Shown: positions 46,361 to 57,267, numbered from the stretch's first letter. The stretch is 64,000 nt of DNA from an uncultured candidate division Zixibacteria bacterium (GCA_963735035.1 CAVTJJ010000004.1:1344001-1408000); one strand, 5' to 3'. Notes: generated by a model not told the origin, from the letters alone. Translations and numbers: made by a program.

Positions 46361-46650
46361 GTCTCACTCATCATCAAATTATCAAGTCACACATCGTGAC
46401 CGAACGGACCACGATGTTGAAGCAGACCCTCGCAGAATACGTCTTTGAAGTCGACAAACGCGCCAACAAGCACGCTATCAAAGAAGCCGTTGAAAAAGTA
46501 TTCAACGTCAAGGTCGATGAAGTACGCACTTTGATCGTGCCCGGCAAGATCAGGCGCCAGGGACGTAACGAGGGCAAGTCCTCGACCTGGAAGAAGGCGA
46601 TTGTACGCCTCAAAGAAAAACAGGTCATCGGCATGTTCGAGAACATGTAA
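46357..46650 (+). CDS. rplW: 50S ribosomal protein L23
   Basis: YVFEVD-x-RANK-x-x-IK-x-AVE-x-x-F-x-VKV, WKKAIV. Confidence 0.96.
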   Translation: MSLTHHQIIKSHIVTERTTMLKQTLAEYVFEVDKRANKHAIKEAVEKVFNVKVDEVRTLIVPGKIRRQGRNEGKSSTWKKAIVRLKEKQVIGMFENM

Positions 46651-46665
46651 GGTTGGTGAATTAGT

Positions 46666-47496
46666 ATGGCTATCAAGAGATTTCGCCCCCTGACCCCGTC
46701 GCAGCGGTTCCGCACCGTCCCGGATTTCGCCGAGATTACCTCGACCGTTCCGGAGAAGTCGCTGTTGGAGCCGATGAGCAAATCGGGCGGCCGTAACAAC
46801 AAGGGTCGCATCACCGCTTATCATCGCGGTGGCGGACATCGCCGGCATTATCGCCTGATCGATTTCCGTCGCGAAAAGCACGGCATCCCGGCCCGCGTGG
46901 CGTCGATCGAATACGATCCCAATCGCTCGGCCCGTATTGCTCTGCTTCATTATGCCGACGGTGAGAAACGCTACATCGTCGCCGCCGAGGGTATCGGTGT
47001 CAACGAAGTGCTGCATTCGGGCGGCCAGGCTGAAATCAAGACAGGGAATTCCATGCCGCTTGAGCGCATGCCGCTCGGCACCATGATCCATAATATTGAA
47101 ATGCGTCCCGGCAAAGGCGCCCAGATGGTACGCTCGGCCGGCGCAATGGCGCAGTTGGTCGCGAAGGAAGGTAACAAAGCCACCCTTCGCATGCCGTCGA
47201 CTGAGGTCCGCACCGTACCGATTACGTGCTATGCGACCATCGGACAGGTCGGCAATCTAGCTCACAAGAATGTCGTTTGGGGCAAAGCCGGTGCATCTCG
47301 TTGGCGCGGCTGGAAGCCGATCACCCGTGGCGTCGCCATGAACCCGGTTGATCACCCGATGGGCGGCGGCGAAGGCCGATCGTCCGGCGGTCGTCACCCT
47401 TGCAGCCCCTGGGGTCTGCCGACTAAGGGCTACAAGACCAGGAGCAAGCGCAAGACGCGTGCACATCTGGTGGAACCGCGCAGAAAAGGTAAGTAA
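46666..47496 (+). CDS. rplB: 50S ribosomal protein L2
   Basis: [26 protein letters not shown]. Confidence 0.98.
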   Translation: MAIKRFRPLTPSQRFRTVPDFAEITSTVPEKSLLEPMSKSGGRNNKGRITAYHRGGGHRRHYRLIDFRREKHGIPARVASIEYDPNRSARIALLHYADGEKRYIVAAEGIGVNEVLHSGGQAEIKTGNSMPLERMPLGTMIHNIEMRPGKGAQMVRSAGAMAQLVAKEGNKATLRMPSTEVRTVPITCYATIGQVGNLAHKNVVWGKAGASRWRGWKPITRGVAMNPVDHPMGGGEGRSSGGRHPCSPWGLPTKGYKTRSKRKTRAHLVEPRRKGK

Positions 47497-47511
47497 TCAG
47501 GAGTTTTTTCT

Positions 47512-47802
47512 ATGCCGAGATCGCTGAAGAAGGGCCCGTACGTTGAGGCCTCGTTACAGAAGAGAATCGACAAGCTGCTGCAGTCCGACGACAAGAAAGT
47601 CGTCAAGACCTGGTCGCGGCGCTCCACGATTACGCCCGATTTCATCGGCCGGACTTTCGCGGTGCACAACGGTAACAAGTTCATCCCGATTTATGTCACT
47701 GAAAACATGGTCGGCCACAAGTTGGGTGAGTTCGCTCCGACCCGCACCTTCCGTGGACACAGCGGCAAACTGGTTGAGCGGACCACGCAGTTGAAAGGTT
47801 AA
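47512..47802 (+). CDS. rpsS: 30S ribosomal protein S19 (intact)
   Basis: [32 protein letters not shown]. Confidence 0.98.
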   Translation: MPRSLKKGPYVEASLQKRIDKLLQSDDKKVVKTWSRRSTITPDFIGRTFAVHNGNKFIPIYVTENMVGHKLGEFAPTRTFRGHSGKLVERTTQLKG

Positions 47803-47808
47803 GAAGTA

Positions 47809-48615
47809 ATGGCGCAGAAAACCGAACAGCAGCGTATGCCCAAAGATCCTATCCTGGTCAAGATTCAGGAACAGGACAAGGCCGAACGTCGGAAAGTCAT
47901 CAGGACCAGGGCTCGGCATTCCCGTATTCGCAAGGAATTCGTCGGCCGCACTCTGGGCGTGTTCGACGGTCAGGGATACACCAGCGTGCATATCACGGAC
48001 GACATGGTCGGCCGTCGTATCGGCAAGGTAGCTCCGAAGCATATGCCCACCGCCCAGTCGCGATACCTGAGCATTCCCGCCCGTAAGATGCGGCGCGTGG
48101 CCGCTCTGGTGAAGGGGCTGCCGGTCGAAAAGGCTCTGAATATATTGAAATTCACGCCCAAAATTGCGGCTCATGAGATGGCCAAGACGCTATCCTCGGC
48201 GGTGTTCAACAAGCTGTCAATCGAGGGCACGGCGCATCTTGATGCGGAACATCTGATCCTGAGTAACATCGTGGTCAACGAAGCTCCGACCGCGAAGCGG
48301 ATTCGGAATCGCTCGATGGGTCGGGTCTATCGCATCCGCAAGCGGTATTGCCATCTCGCCATCTACCTGGATGTTGATGAGCGCAAAGAGGCGGCCACGG
48401 TTGCCGCGGCTGAAGTTAAGGGTGACAAGACCAAGACTCCGGCCAAGAAGACCGCAGGCAAGACCACGGTAAGAAGACCGGCTAAGAAGAAGACTACTAA
48501 GAAGACCGCTGCCAAGAAGAAGACGACCAAGAAAGTCGTCGCGAAGAAGACGGCGGCCAAAAAGTCTGGATCGGCCTCGACCGGTAAGGCCGCCAAGACT
48601 GAGAAGAAGAAATAG
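47809..48615 (+). CDS. rplV: 50S ribosomal protein L22 with N-terminal S19-like domain and Lys/Ala-rich tail
   Basis: L22 core from M79 (RYLSIPARKMRRVAALVKG...RSMGRVYRIRKRYCHL); residues 28-76 align without gaps to the S19 core. Confidence 0.93.
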   Translation: MAQKTEQQRMPKDPILVKIQEQDKAERRKVIRTRARHSRIRKEFVGRTLGVFDGQGYTSVHITDDMVGRRIGKVAPKHMPTAQSRYLSIPARKMRRVAALVKGLPVEKALNILKFTPKIAAHEMAKTLSSAVFNKLSIEGTAHLDAEHLILSNIVVNEAPTAKRIRNRSMGRVYRIRKRYCHLAIYLDVDERKEAATVAAAEVKGDKTKTPAKKTAGKTTVRRPAKKKTTKKTAAKKKTTKKVVAKKTAAKKSGSASTGKAAKTEKKK

Positions 48616-48637
48616 CTAAGCGCTGTAGGAGTGAGCA

Positions 48638-49576
48638 TTGGGACATAAGACACACCCAATAGGTTTCCGCGTCGGGATTAACAGGCCCTGGAACAGTCGC
48701 TGGTTCGCTTCCGATCGCAATTTTGCGGACCTCGTCCATGAAGATATCATGGTCAAGCGTTATATCGCCAAGCGGTTGGACAACGCCGGTATTTCCAAGG
48801 TCGTGATTTCTCGGGCACCCAAGAGAGTTACCGTCGATATTCACACCGCTCGTCCGGGTATCGTTATCGGTCGGCGGGGCGCCGAGGTGGACAAGCTGCG
48901 CGAAGAGCTGCAGATGTTGACCAAGAAGGCGATCCTCCTGAATATCGTCGAGGTGCGCAAACCGGAACTGAGCTCTCAATTGGTGGCCGATTCGATCGCC
49001 CGTCAGCTTGAAGGTCGTATGTCGTTCCGTCGCGCCATGAAGAAGGCGCTGGCGGCCACGATGAAGATGGGTGCGCAGGGCATTAAGATTCAGTGTGGTG
49101 GACGTCTGGGCGGCGCCGAAATAGCGCGCACCGAAAAGTATATGGATGGACGCGTACCGCTTCACACTCTGCGGGCCGATATCGACTACGCCACGTCGAC
49201 CGGTCACACCACTTATGGAACGATCGGCGTGAAAGTCTGGATCTGCCTGGGTGACATCATGGGCAAGGGCTTGTACCAGCGCGAAGAAGATGAAAAGAAG
49301 AAGGCTGAAGAACCGGAAACCTCGGCCGCTCAGGCCGCTCGGTCACGTCGGGATCGTCCCGGTGGACCGTCGCGGGGTGACAAGGGTGGACCGCCGCGTG
49401 GGCGGGTGAGACGTCCGGGTGCCGGGCCGAGAGGCGCCGCGCCTCGGGGCCGTCGCCCTGAAGATGAAGCGTCAGGTGGACGGCGTCCGGCTTCGCACGA
49501 GAGAACCCCTGAAGCGGCTGGTGGTCAAACCCAGTCAAAACCGGGCGAAGGCTCGGGCGGTGAATCGAAGGCGTAA
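48638..49576 (+). CDS. rpsC: 30S ribosomal protein S3 with long Arg/Gly/Pro-rich tail
   Basis: MGHKTHPIGFR, RPGIVIG, GRVPLHTLRADIDY. Confidence 0.97.
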   Translation: MGHKTHPIGFRVGINRPWNSRWFASDRNFADLVHEDIMVKRYIAKRLDNAGISKVVISRAPKRVTVDIHTARPGIVIGRRGAEVDKLREELQMLTKKAILLNIVEVRKPELSSQLVADSIARQLEGRMSFRRAMKKALAATMKMGAQGIKIQCGGRLGGAEIARTEKYMDGRVPLHTLRADIDYATSTGHTTYGTIGVKVWICLGDIMGKGLYQREEDEKKKAEEPETSAAQAARSRRDRPGGPSRGDKGGPPRGRVRRPGAGPRGAAPRGRRPEDEASGGRRPASHERTPEAAGGQTQSKPGEGSGGESKA

Positions 49577-49608
49577 GGCGACGGCCAGCCAATTTGGAGA
49601 CTTAAGTC

Positions 49609-50031
49609 ATGTTGATGCCAAAAAGAAGTAAGTATCGCAAAGCGCAGCGTGGACGCAGGACCGGCAAGGCCAAGGGCGGTTTCTCGGTAGATTTCGGCGA
49701 ATTCGGGTTGAAGGCGACCGAGCCGGCCTGGATGACCAATCGCCAGATCGAAGCGGCTCGTGTTGCGGTTACTCGGCATATTAAGCGCGGCGGCAAAATC
49801 TGGATCCGTGTGTTTCCTGACAAGCCGTTCACCAAGAAGCCGGCTGAAACTCGCATGGGTAAAGGCAAAGGAGCCCCGGAATATTGGGTGGCCGTCATTA
49901 AGCCCGGCCGCGTGCTGTTTGAGATAGAAGGTGTGTCGGAAAAAATGGCCCGCGAGGCCATGAAGTTGGCGGCCAATAAGCTGCCGATGAAGACCAGATT
50001 TGTTACCCGTGCTGAAATCGAGGCGATTTAG
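49609..50031 (+). CDS. rplP: 50S ribosomal protein L16
   Basis: [16 protein letters not shown]. Confidence 0.98.
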   Translation: MLMPKRSKYRKAQRGRRTGKAKGGFSVDFGEFGLKATEPAWMTNRQIEAARVAVTRHIKRGGKIWIRVFPDKPFTKKPAETRMGKGKGAPEYWVAVIKPGRVLFEIEGVSEKMAREAMKLAANKLPMKTRFVTRAEIEAI

Positions 50032-50033
50032 TC

Positions 50034-50294
50034 ATGAGAATCGACGAAATGCGGATCTTGACCCGCGAAGAGCTGGAGCAGAAACGGCGCGACCTGGCCG
50101 AAGAGCGCTTCAATCTGAGAATGCGCAAGTCGTTCAAGCAGCTCGATAACCCGCTCCGTCTGCGTGTGCTGCGGCGCGAGATAGCCCGAATCAATACCGT
50201 GATTCGCGAAGATGAAAAAGGCGTGCGCGCTTTGGCCACTGCCAAGAAATCGCTGTTGGAAGAGCTCAACACTTCCGGCAAAGAGAAGAAGTGA
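50034..50294 (+). CDS. rpmC: 50S ribosomal protein L29 with C-terminal extension
   Basis: EERFNLRM...NP-x-RLR-x-LRREIARINT. Confidence 0.93.
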   Translation: MRIDEMRILTREELEQKRRDLAEERFNLRMRKSFKQLDNPLRLRVLRREIARINTVIREDEKGVRALATAKKSLLEELNTSGKEKK

Positions 50295-50310
50295 GTTCGG
50301 AGAGTCATAA

Positions 50311-50577
50311 ATGACACAGGCAATTGAGAGAAGTAGCCGCAAGGTTAGAACCGGTATCGTCACCTCCAGCGCCATGAACAAGAGTATCGTGGTCCGAATC
50401 GATCGCAAGATCAAGCACCCGCTGTATAGTCGGCCGGTGATGCGTTCGGCCAAGCTCTACGCTCATGACGAAAAGAACGAGGCCAACATCGGCGACACCG
50501 TTCGTATTATGGAAACCCGACCGCTGTCCAAGCTCAAACGCTGGCGTCTGTTGGAAATTGTGGAGCGGGCCAAGTAG
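50311..50577 (+). CDS. rpsQ: 30S ribosomal protein S17
   Basis: [19 protein letters not shown]. Confidence 0.97.
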   Translation: MTQAIERSSRKVRTGIVTSSAMNKSIVVRIDRKIKHPLYSRPVMRSAKLYAHDEKNEANIGDTVRIMETRPLSKLKRWRLLEIVERAK

Positions 50578-50614
50578 CCCCGGTGTCGGTTGGCATTGGA
50601 AAGGGTGTCTCAAG

Positions 50615-50983
50615 ATGATACAGGAATTTACAGTTCTGTCGGTTGCCGACAACTCCGGCGCTAAACGGGCGATGTGTTTCCGCATTCTCGGCGGAAGCAA
50701 TCGGAAGTCCGCCACGATCGGCGACATCATTGTAGTCGCGGTCAAGGAAGCCATTCCGGGCGGCACGGTTAAGAAATCGGAAGTTTGCAAAGCGGTCGTA
50801 GTCAGAACCAAGTCGCCTGTCAAACGCAAGGACGGGTCAGTGATTCGATTCAGCGACAACGCCGCTGTTATTATAAATGAACAACTGGAGCCGCGCGGCA
50901 CCCGTATTTTTGGCCCGGTGGCGCGCGAACTCCGCGATAAGAAATTCATGAAGATTATCTCCCTGGCACCTGAGGTTCTTTAG
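50615..50983 (+). CDS. rplN: 50S ribosomal protein L14
   Basis: MIQ...[27 protein letters not shown]. Confidence 0.98.
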   Translation: MIQEFTVLSVADNSGAKRAMCFRILGGSNRKSATIGDIIVVAVKEAIPGGTVKKSEVCKAVVVRTKSPVKRKDGSVIRFSDNAAVIINEQLEPRGTRIFGPVARELRDKKFMKIISLAPEVL

Positions 50984-51000
50984 GAGACAGGCGGAGCACG

Positions 51001-51321
51001 ATGATCAAAAAAGGTGACACGGTTTTCGTAAGATCGGGCAGCGACAAAGGGCGGAGCGGTCGCGTACTGAGAGTCAACCGCAAGAAGATGACGATCCTGG
51101 TCGAGGGCGTCAACAAGCGGCAGAAACATCAGCGCCCCACCCAGAAGCAGCCCAAGGGCGGTATCATTACCATGGAACGCCCCATTCATTTGAGCAACGT
51201 CGCGCTGATAGTCCAGACCGACAAGGGCCCACGCCCGACCCGGTTTAAGATGAAGACGATCGACGACGGCGGTAGAAAAGTCAAAGTGCGGGTCAGCTGT
51301 CTGACCGGCGAGCAGATTTAA
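51001..51321 (+). CDS. rplX: 50S ribosomal protein L24
   Basis: IKKGDTV KOW motif, VEGVN, PIHLSNV. Confidence 0.96.
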   Translation: MIKKGDTVFVRSGSDKGRSGRVLRVNRKKMTILVEGVNKRQKHQRPTQKQPKGGIITMERPIHLSNVALIVQTDKGPRPTRFKMKTIDDGGRKVKVRVSCLTGEQI

Positions 51322-51335
51322 CTAAAGAGATTCCC

Positions 51336-51875
51336 ATGGCAAGACTGAGAGACAAATATCTCACTGAGATCAGACCGAAGCTGATGAAAGACAATCAGTA
51401 CCGGTCGGTAATGGAAGTGCCCCGGGTAGTCAAGGTCACGATCAATATGGGTGTCGGCGAGGCTACCCAGAACGCCAAATCGCTTGAGGCGGCGGTGGAA
51501 GACCTGACCAAGATTGCGGGCCAGAAGCCTATGATCACGCGAGCCCGCATGAGCATTTCCAACTTCAAACTGCGCCAGGGAAACGCGATCGGCTGTGCGG
51601 TTACCCTGCGTCGTGACCGCATGTACGAGTTCCTGGACCGCCTCGTCAACATCGCCATGCCCCGCATTCGGGACTTCCGCGGTGTGAGCCCCAAGTCCTT
51701 TGACGGTCGTGGCAATTACAATCTCGGTCTGCGGGAGCAACTGCTTTTCCCCGAGATCGATTATGACAAGATAGATAAGGTCCGTGGGATGACCGTTTCG
51801 ATCACCACCACCGCCCGAAATGATGACGAAGCTCGGCAGTTGCTGACCGAGATGGGTATGCCTTTCCGCAAGTAG
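51336..51875 (+). CDS. rplE: 50S ribosomal protein L5
   Basis: [22 protein letters not shown]. Confidence 0.98.
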   Translation: MARLRDKYLTEIRPKLMKDNQYRSVMEVPRVVKVTINMGVGEATQNAKSLEAAVEDLTKIAGQKPMITRARMSISNFKLRQGNAIGCAVTLRRDRMYEFLDRLVNIAMPRIRDFRGVSPKSFDGRGNYNLGLREQLLFPEIDYDKIDKVRGMTVSITTTARNDDEARQLLTEMGMPFRK

Positions 51876-51882
51876 GAGTGCA

Positions 51883-52068
51883 ATGGCTAAGAAGTGTCTG
51901 ATAGAAAAGCAGAAGAGACAGCCGAAATTTCAGGTTCGGACCTATAACCGCTGTCGTCGTTGCGGCCGACCGCACGCCTATATGCGGCGTTTCGGTCTCT
52001 GCCGTATCTGTTTTCGCCAGTTGGCCCTCGCCGGTGATCTGCCGGGAGTGACCAAGGCGAGTTGGTAG
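51883..52068 (+). CDS. rpsN: 30S ribosomal protein S14 (Zn type)
   Basis: [22 protein letters not shown]. Confidence 0.97.
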   Translation: MAKKCLIEKQKRQPKFQVRTYNRCRRCGRPHAYMRRFGLCRICFRQLALAGDLPGVTKASW

Positions 52069-52104
52069 TGGAATCGAAATGACGGACTTTTGGAGATCTG
52101 ATAT

Positions 52105-52506
52105 ATGTGTATGACAGACCCGGTAGCGGATTTATTGACGAGGATCAGGAACGGATCCAAAGCTCGTAAGCCGGCCGTCGATGTGCCGAATTCGAAGCTG
52201 AAACGGGAAATCGTCAAGATTCTCAAAGAGCATAACTTCATCCGTGATACTATTGAGCTCCCGGATAAGAAGCAGGGCATTCTGCGGGTATACCTCCGCT
52301 ACGCCAAGGGCGACAAACCGGTCATCCTGGGATTGCAGCGGATATCCAAGCCGGGGCTCCGGCGGTATATCGACGCCGACAAAGTGAGTCGCTCGATCCA
52401 CAACACGCGGGGCATCTCCGTTCTGTCCACGTCGTCGGGCGTTATGAGCAACCTTGAAGCCGCACAGAAGAAAATCGGCGGCGAAATTATCCTCAGGTGC
52501 TGGTAG
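52105..52506 (+). CDS. rpsH: 30S ribosomal protein S8
   Basis: TDPVADLLTRIRN, ISKPGLR, STSSGVM. Confidence 0.97.
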   Translation: MCMTDPVADLLTRIRNGSKARKPAVDVPNSKLKREIVKILKEHNFIRDTIELPDKKQGILRVYLRYAKGDKPVILGLQRISKPGLRRYIDADKVSRSIHNTRGISVLSTSSGVMSNLEAAQKKIGGEIILRCW

Positions 52507-52522
52507 GCATAGGAAGGGCGAC

Positions 52523-53116
52523 ATGTCGCGCATAGGCAAAGCACCGGTAGTGGTACCGGACAAAATCAAGGTCGAAATAATCGACTCCCAGATTAATGTC
52601 AGCGGCCCGAAAGGGACGACGACGTGGGCTTTTCCCGCCGGCGTCTCCGTCAAGCTGGAAGGACATGAAGTGCTGGTGAGCCGGGACAGCGACCTCAAGA
52701 AGCATCGGGCCCTCCACGGCCTCACCCGGGCGTTGATCGCCAACATGGTCGAAGGCGTTTCGGTCGGCTTCAAGCGGCAGTTGAAAATCATCGGTGTCGG
52801 CTACCGCGCCGAGCTGAAGGGATCAAACCTGATTTTCTACCTGGGCTTCTCGCATCCGATCGTGTTCCGGCCGCCGGTCGGGATCAAGCTGGAGTACGAG
52901 CCGAAGGAAAACCTGGTCACGGTTACCGGCGTGGACAAGGATGTGGTCGGGGCCACGGCGGCCAAGATACGTTCGCTGAAGAAGCCGGAGCCGTACAAAG
53001 GCAAGGGCATACGCTATATAGATGAGCACGTTCAGATCAAGGCGGGCAAGACCGCCGGTATAATGTTCGGATGGTGTGAAATAAGATGGCTGATAAGAAC
53101 AAATTCAAAACGATGA
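52523..53116 (+). CDS. rplF: 50S ribosomal protein L6 (true stop probably near 53062; as given it overlaps rplR)
   Basis: [30 protein letters not shown]. Confidence 0.95.
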   Translation: MSRIGKAPVVVPDKIKVEIIDSQINVSGPKGTTTWAFPAGVSVKLEGHEVLVSRDSDLKKHRALHGLTRALIANMVEGVSVGFKRQLKIIGVGYRAELKGSNLIFYLGFSHPIVFRPPVGIKLEYEPKENLVTVTGVDKDVVGATAAKIRSLKKPEPYKGKGIRYIDEHVQIKAGKTAGIMFGWCEIRWLIRTNSKR

Positions 53117-53460
53117 CGGCCGAGCGGCGACGTCGGCGGGTCCGCAGCAAAGTGAAGGGTACATCCGAATGTCCCCGTCTCACGGTGCGTAAGAGCCTCA
53201 AGAACGTCACGGTTCAGATCGTCGATGATGTAAAACGTATCACGCTGGTCGGAATTGCGTCCAATTCGAAAGCCATGCGTGACGTGCTGGCCAAGGCCGA
53301 CAACAAAACCGTTGTCGCCAAGAAGACCGGCGCCAAAATCGCCGAGCTGGCCAAACAAAAGGGTATCGTGGCGGTCGTCTTCGACCGTAATCGCTACCAG
53401 TATCACGGCCGCGTGAAAGCAATTGCCGAAGGCGCGCGCGAAGGCGGCCTGAAGTTTTAG
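53086..53460 (+). CDS. rplR: 50S ribosomal protein L18
   Basis: PRLTV, VVFDR...[19 protein letters not shown]. Confidence 0.97.
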   Translation: MADKNKFKTMTAERRRRRVRSKVKGTSECPRLTVRKSLKNVTVQIVDDVKRITLVGIASNSKAMRDVLAKADNKTVVAKKTGAKIAELAKQKGIVAVVFDRNRYQYHGRVKAIAEGAREGGLKF

Positions 53461-53493
53461 AGAGATGGTTTCCGTTTATAGATGAGGTAGGCG

Positions 53494-53976
53494 TTGGCTA
53501 AGTACGAACTGGAAAACTTCGAATTCGAAGAAAAAGTAATCGCCGTCAACCGCGTCGCCAAAGTGGTGAAAGGCGGCCGGCGGTTCAGTTTCACGGCGCT
53601 GGTAGCGGTCGGCGATAAGAAGGGCAAAGTCGGGATCGGTCTCGGCAAAGGCCGTGAAGTCGCTGATTGCATCCGCAAGGGTTCCGATGCCGCCCGTAAG
53701 GCAATGGTCTCCGTCAATATCGTTGGCGGTACCATTCCGCATTACATCGACGGCAAGTTCGGCGCCACCACCGTCATGATGCGCCCGGCTTCGCCCGGTA
53801 CCGGCGTAATCGCCGGAGGTGCCGTGCGCGTGGTGCTCGAAACGCTCGGTGTCCAGGATATCCTGACCAAGGTTCTCGGCAGCCGCAACGTCAACAACGT
53901 TGTCAAGGCCACCATGGACGGTCTCCTGGCGCTTCGCACGCTTGAGCAGGAAACCAGTTTTCGCGAGAAAGCCTGA
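53494..53976 (+). CDS. rpsE: 30S ribosomal protein S5
   Basis: [23 protein letters not shown]. Confidence 0.98.
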   Translation: MAKYELENFEFEEKVIAVNRVAKVVKGGRRFSFTALVAVGDKKGKVGIGLGKGREVADCIRKGSDAARKAMVSVNIVGGTIPHYIDGKFGATTVMMRPASPGTGVIAGGAVRVVLETLGVQDILTKVLGSRNVNNVVKATMDGLLALRTLEQETSFREKA

Positions 53977-53987
53977 GGTTAAGCGTC

Positions 53988-54170
53988 ATGGGAAAACTGA
54001 AAGTTACTCAGGTGAAGAGCACCATCGAGCGCAAGGAACCGCAGAAGCGGACCATTGAAGCGCTCGGTCTGGGCAAACTTCACAAGACCGTCATTCACAA
54101 TGATACCCCGCAGATTCGGGGCATGATAAGAGCAGTCTGCCACCTCGTTGAGGTGGAAGAAATAGATTAG
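53988..54170 (+). CDS. rpmD: 50S ribosomal protein L30
   Basis: [13 protein letters not shown]. Confidence 0.96.
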   Translation: MGKLKVTQVKSTIERKEPQKRTIEALGLGKLHKTVIHNDTPQIRGMIRAVCHLVEVEEID

Positions 54171-54190
54171 GATTAGGAATAGGGGCTCCG

Positions 54191-54628
54191 ATGGACCTGC
54201 ACAATCTTAAGCCTGCAAAAGGCTCGACCAAAACGCGTAAACGTGTCGGCCGTGGTACCGGCAGTGGCCTGGACGGCACCGCCGGCCGGGGTAACAAAGG
54301 ACAGATGGCCCGCTCCGGAGCGAAGAAACGCTCCAATTTCGAGGGTGGTCAGACCCCCATTCATCGGCGCCTGCCCAAGTTCGGCTTCAAGAACATCTTC
54401 AAGAAGGAATGGCAGATCGTCAATATCGGCGATTTGTCGCGATGTGAAGGAACCGAAATCACTCCGGAAACGCTCAAGGCGGCCGGTCTGATCAAGGGGA
54501 CCGCCATACCGGTCAAGATCCTGGGCGTCGGCAAGGTCGAGAAAGCTTATTCGGTCAAGGCAGCGGCCTTCTCAAAGCCGGCGCGTGCCCGGCTTGAAGA
54601 GGCCGGAGGAAAAGCTGAGGTGCTCTAG
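54191..54628 (+). CDS. rplO: 50S ribosomal protein L15
   Basis: RVGRGTGSG, FEGGQTP-x-x-RRLPK. Confidence 0.97.
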   Translation: MDLHNLKPAKGSTKTRKRVGRGTGSGLDGTAGRGNKGQMARSGAKKRSNFEGGQTPIHRRLPKFGFKNIFKKEWQIVNIGDLSRCEGTEITPETLKAAGLIKGTAIPVKILGVGKVEKAYSVKAAAFSKPARARLEEAGGKAEVL

Positions 54629-55935
54629 TGTTTGGAACTTTTGCCTCAATCTTCCGCATCACAGAACTAAGAAATAAGATCCTGATAACCCTGGGTCTGC
54701 TGGTCGTATATCGTATCGGCGGACACATCCCGTCGCCCGGTGTCGACGGCTCGGTTATCAGCGCCGCTCTTTCGTCCGATTCGATTTTCGGACTCCTGGA
54801 TTTGTTTGCCGGAGGCGCGTTCGCCAAGGCGACGATCTTCGCACTCGGCATCATGCCGTACATTTCGGCGTCGATTATGCTGCAGCTCCTGGGTGCGGTT
54901 TGGCCGTATCTCCAGCGGTTACAGCGCGAGGGAGAAGAAGGGCGCCGTAAGATCCAGCAGTACACCCGCTATCTGACAGTGATCATCTCTGCTATGCAGG
55001 CGTGGGCCACCGCCGTATTTCTGACCACGATCAATTACAACGGTATGCAGGCGGTCCACATGAACCACTTCTGGTTCATCTGGCTCACCGTGCTGACGTT
55101 CACCTGCGGTACAATATTCATCATGTGGCTCGGCGAGAAGATCACCGAGAACGGCATCGGCAACGGCATATCGCTCATTATCTTCATAGGCATCATCGCC
55201 CGCCTGCCGGAGGCCATCATAATCGAAGGTCAGATGGTCTGGGTGGGAACCCGCCCGATCTGGCTGGAACTTGTCGTGGTGGTTGCGATGCTGGCCGTTG
55301 TCGCCGCGGTTGTCCTGATGACCCGCGCCCAGCGCCGCATCCCGGTGCAGTATCCGCGCAAGGTGATCGGCCGCAAGGTTTACGGTGGCGCTGCCACTCA
55401 CCTGCCGCTGTCGGTCAACTCCGCCGGCGTCATCCCGATCATTTTCGCCCAGTCGATCATGTTCCTCCCGTCGACCGTAGCGCAGCTTTTCCCCAGTGTC
55501 GAATGGCTGCAGAACCTGGTGGCGCTCAGCCTCCGACCGGGTGGACTTCTGTACAGTCTGATCTACGCGACCATTATCATATTCTTCGCGTTCTTCTATA
55601 CCGCCATCGTATTCAATCCGATGGACATCGCAGACAACATGCGCAAGAATGGCGGCTATATTCCCGGTATTCGTCCGGGTAAGAACACCGCTGACTATAT
55701 TGAAAAAGTTCTGACCAGAATCACGCTTCCCGGTGCGGTTTTCTTCGCGGCCATCGCAATTCTGCCCTGGGTGCTGATCTCGCAGTTTAACGTCAACTAC
55801 TTCTTCGGCGGTACCGGACTGCTGATCGTAGTAGGTGTGGCGCTGGATACGCTGCAGCAAATCGAATCCCACCTGATCATGAGGCACTACGAAGGCTTTA
55901 TGAAAAAGGGTCGTATTCGCGGGAGATCGATGTAA
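54628..55935 (+). CDS. secY: Preprotein translocase SecY
   Basis: LGIMPYISASI, GIGNGISL, IPGIRPG, GGTGLLIVV. Confidence 0.98.
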   Translation: MFGTFASIFRITELRNKILITLGLLVVYRIGGHIPSPGVDGSVISAALSSDSIFGLLDLFAGGAFAKATIFALGIMPYISASIMLQLLGAVWPYLQRLQREGEEGRRKIQQYTRYLTVIISAMQAWATAVFLTTINYNGMQAVHMNHFWFIWLTVLTFTCGTIFIMWLGEKITENGIGNGISLIIFIGIIARLPEAIIIEGQMVWVGTRPIWLELVVVVAMLAVVAAVVLMTRAQRRIPVQYPRKVIGRKVYGGAATHLPLSVNSAGVIPIIFAQSIMFLPSTVAQLFPSVEWLQNLVALSLRPGGLLYSLIYATIIIFFAFFYTAIVFNPMDIADNMRKNGGYIPGIRPGKNTADYIEKVLTRITLPGAVFFAAIAILPWVLISQFNVNYFFGGTGLLIVVGVALDTLQQIESHLIMRHYEGFMKKGRIRGRSM

Positions 55936-55937
55936 GC

Positions 55938-56498
55938 ATGAATCTGGTCTTTCTGGGCCCCCCAGGTTCGGGCAAAGGTACTCAGGCGATTCGTCTGGCG
56001 CAGGCCAAAGGACTGGTACACCTCTCTACGGGTGATGTCCTCAGAGCCGCTGTCAAGGCGAGCACGCCGCTCGGCCAGAAGGCCGAAGGATACATGACCC
56101 GAGGGGAACTGGTTCCGGACGACTTGATTATTGGATTGATTGAAGAGAAAGTAGCCTCAGGCGCACTAAACGGCGGGTTCATTCTTGATGGTTTCCCGCG
56201 CACAGTGCCTCAGGCGACCAGCCTGGACGAGATGTTCCGTAAGAATCGGATCAAGCTCGACAAGGCGATTTTACTTAACGTCGACGATTCCGAGATTCTC
56301 AAGCGGCTAAAAGGTCGGGCTGAGAAGGAGGGTCGGGCCGACGATACCGAGGCGGTCATATTGAACCGGCTCGAAGTTTATCGGCGTCAAACCCGGCCGA
56401 TCGAAGACCTTTATCGCAAACAGTCGATTCTGGTCAGCGTCTCGGGCGAAGGCTCCGAAGAGAATGTCTTTGCATCGTTACTAAAGGTGCTCAAATAG
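55938..56498 (+). CDS. adk: Adenylate kinase (short-LID type)
   Basis: GPPGSGKGTQA, STGD, LDGFPRT, GRADD. Confidence 0.97.
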   Translation: MNLVFLGPPGSGKGTQAIRLAQAKGLVHLSTGDVLRAAVKASTPLGQKAEGYMTRGELVPDDLIIGLIEEKVASGALNGGFILDGFPRTVPQATSLDEMFRKNRIKLDKAILLNVDDSEILKRLKGRAEKEGRADDTEAVILNRLEVYRRQTRPIEDLYRKQSILVSVSGEGSEENVFASLLKVLK

Positions 56499-56512
56499 AG
56501 CAATTGATTGAA

Positions 56513-57259
56513 GTGATACACTTGAAGTCGAAAGAAGAGATCGAAATCATGCGCCGCGCCGGAGCGGTGGTAGCCGGGGCGCTCGACATGGTCGGGCGTG
56601 AGATAAAACCCGGTCAGACCACCAGCCAACTGGACGCGCTGGTCGAAGATTTCATTCGCTCCCAGGGAGCCATACCGGCTTTCAAGGGGTATCAGGGTTT
56701 CCCGGCTGCGGCCTGTATCTCGATTGACGATGAAGTCGTGCACGGGATTCCGGGGCGGCGCGAGATTAAAGACGGCGATATGGTTTCGGTCGATGTCGGT
56801 AGCCTGGTTGAAGGGTTCTATGGTGACTCCGCCCGGTCTTTCGGGGTAGGCGAGATTTCTGCGGAAAAGCAGCGTTTACTGGACACAACCCTGAAATCGC
56901 TGATGAGCGCTATTGACAAAGCCCGGAAAGGCAATAGATTAGGCCAGATATCGGCTACGGTACAACAAGTGGCTGAAGAACAAGGCTACGGCGTGGTGCG
57001 ACGTCTGGTCGGTCACGGCATCGGTCGTGATTTGTGGGAGGAACCTCAGGTACCCAATTTTGGTTCTCCCACCGACGGCCCCATTCTTAAGACCGGGATG
57101 GTTGTGGCCATCGAGCCTATGGTGAATATGGGTACCTATGAAGTGCGTACGCTTCCTGACGGCTGGACCGTCGTAACGGCCGACGGACAACCGTCGGCTC
57201 ATTTCGAACACACCGTGGCCATTATGGACGATGGGCCGGACATTTTGTCGTTAGCCTGA
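56513..57259 (+). CDS. map: Methionine aminopeptidase type I
   Basis: HGIP, GDSA, GHGIG, AIEPM, SAHFEHT. Confidence 0.97.
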   Translation: MIHLKSKEEIEIMRRAGAVVAGALDMVGREIKPGQTTSQLDALVEDFIRSQGAIPAFKGYQGFPAAACISIDDEVVHGIPGRREIKDGDMVSVDVGSLVEGFYGDSARSFGVGEISAEKQRLLDTTLKSLMSAIDKARKGNRLGQISATVQQVAEEQGYGVVRRLVGHGIGRDLWEEPQVPNFGSPTDGPILKTGMVVAIEPMVNMGTYEVRTLPDGWTVVTADGQPSAHFEHTVAIMDDGPDILSLA

Positions 57260-57267
57260 AGGAGCTT

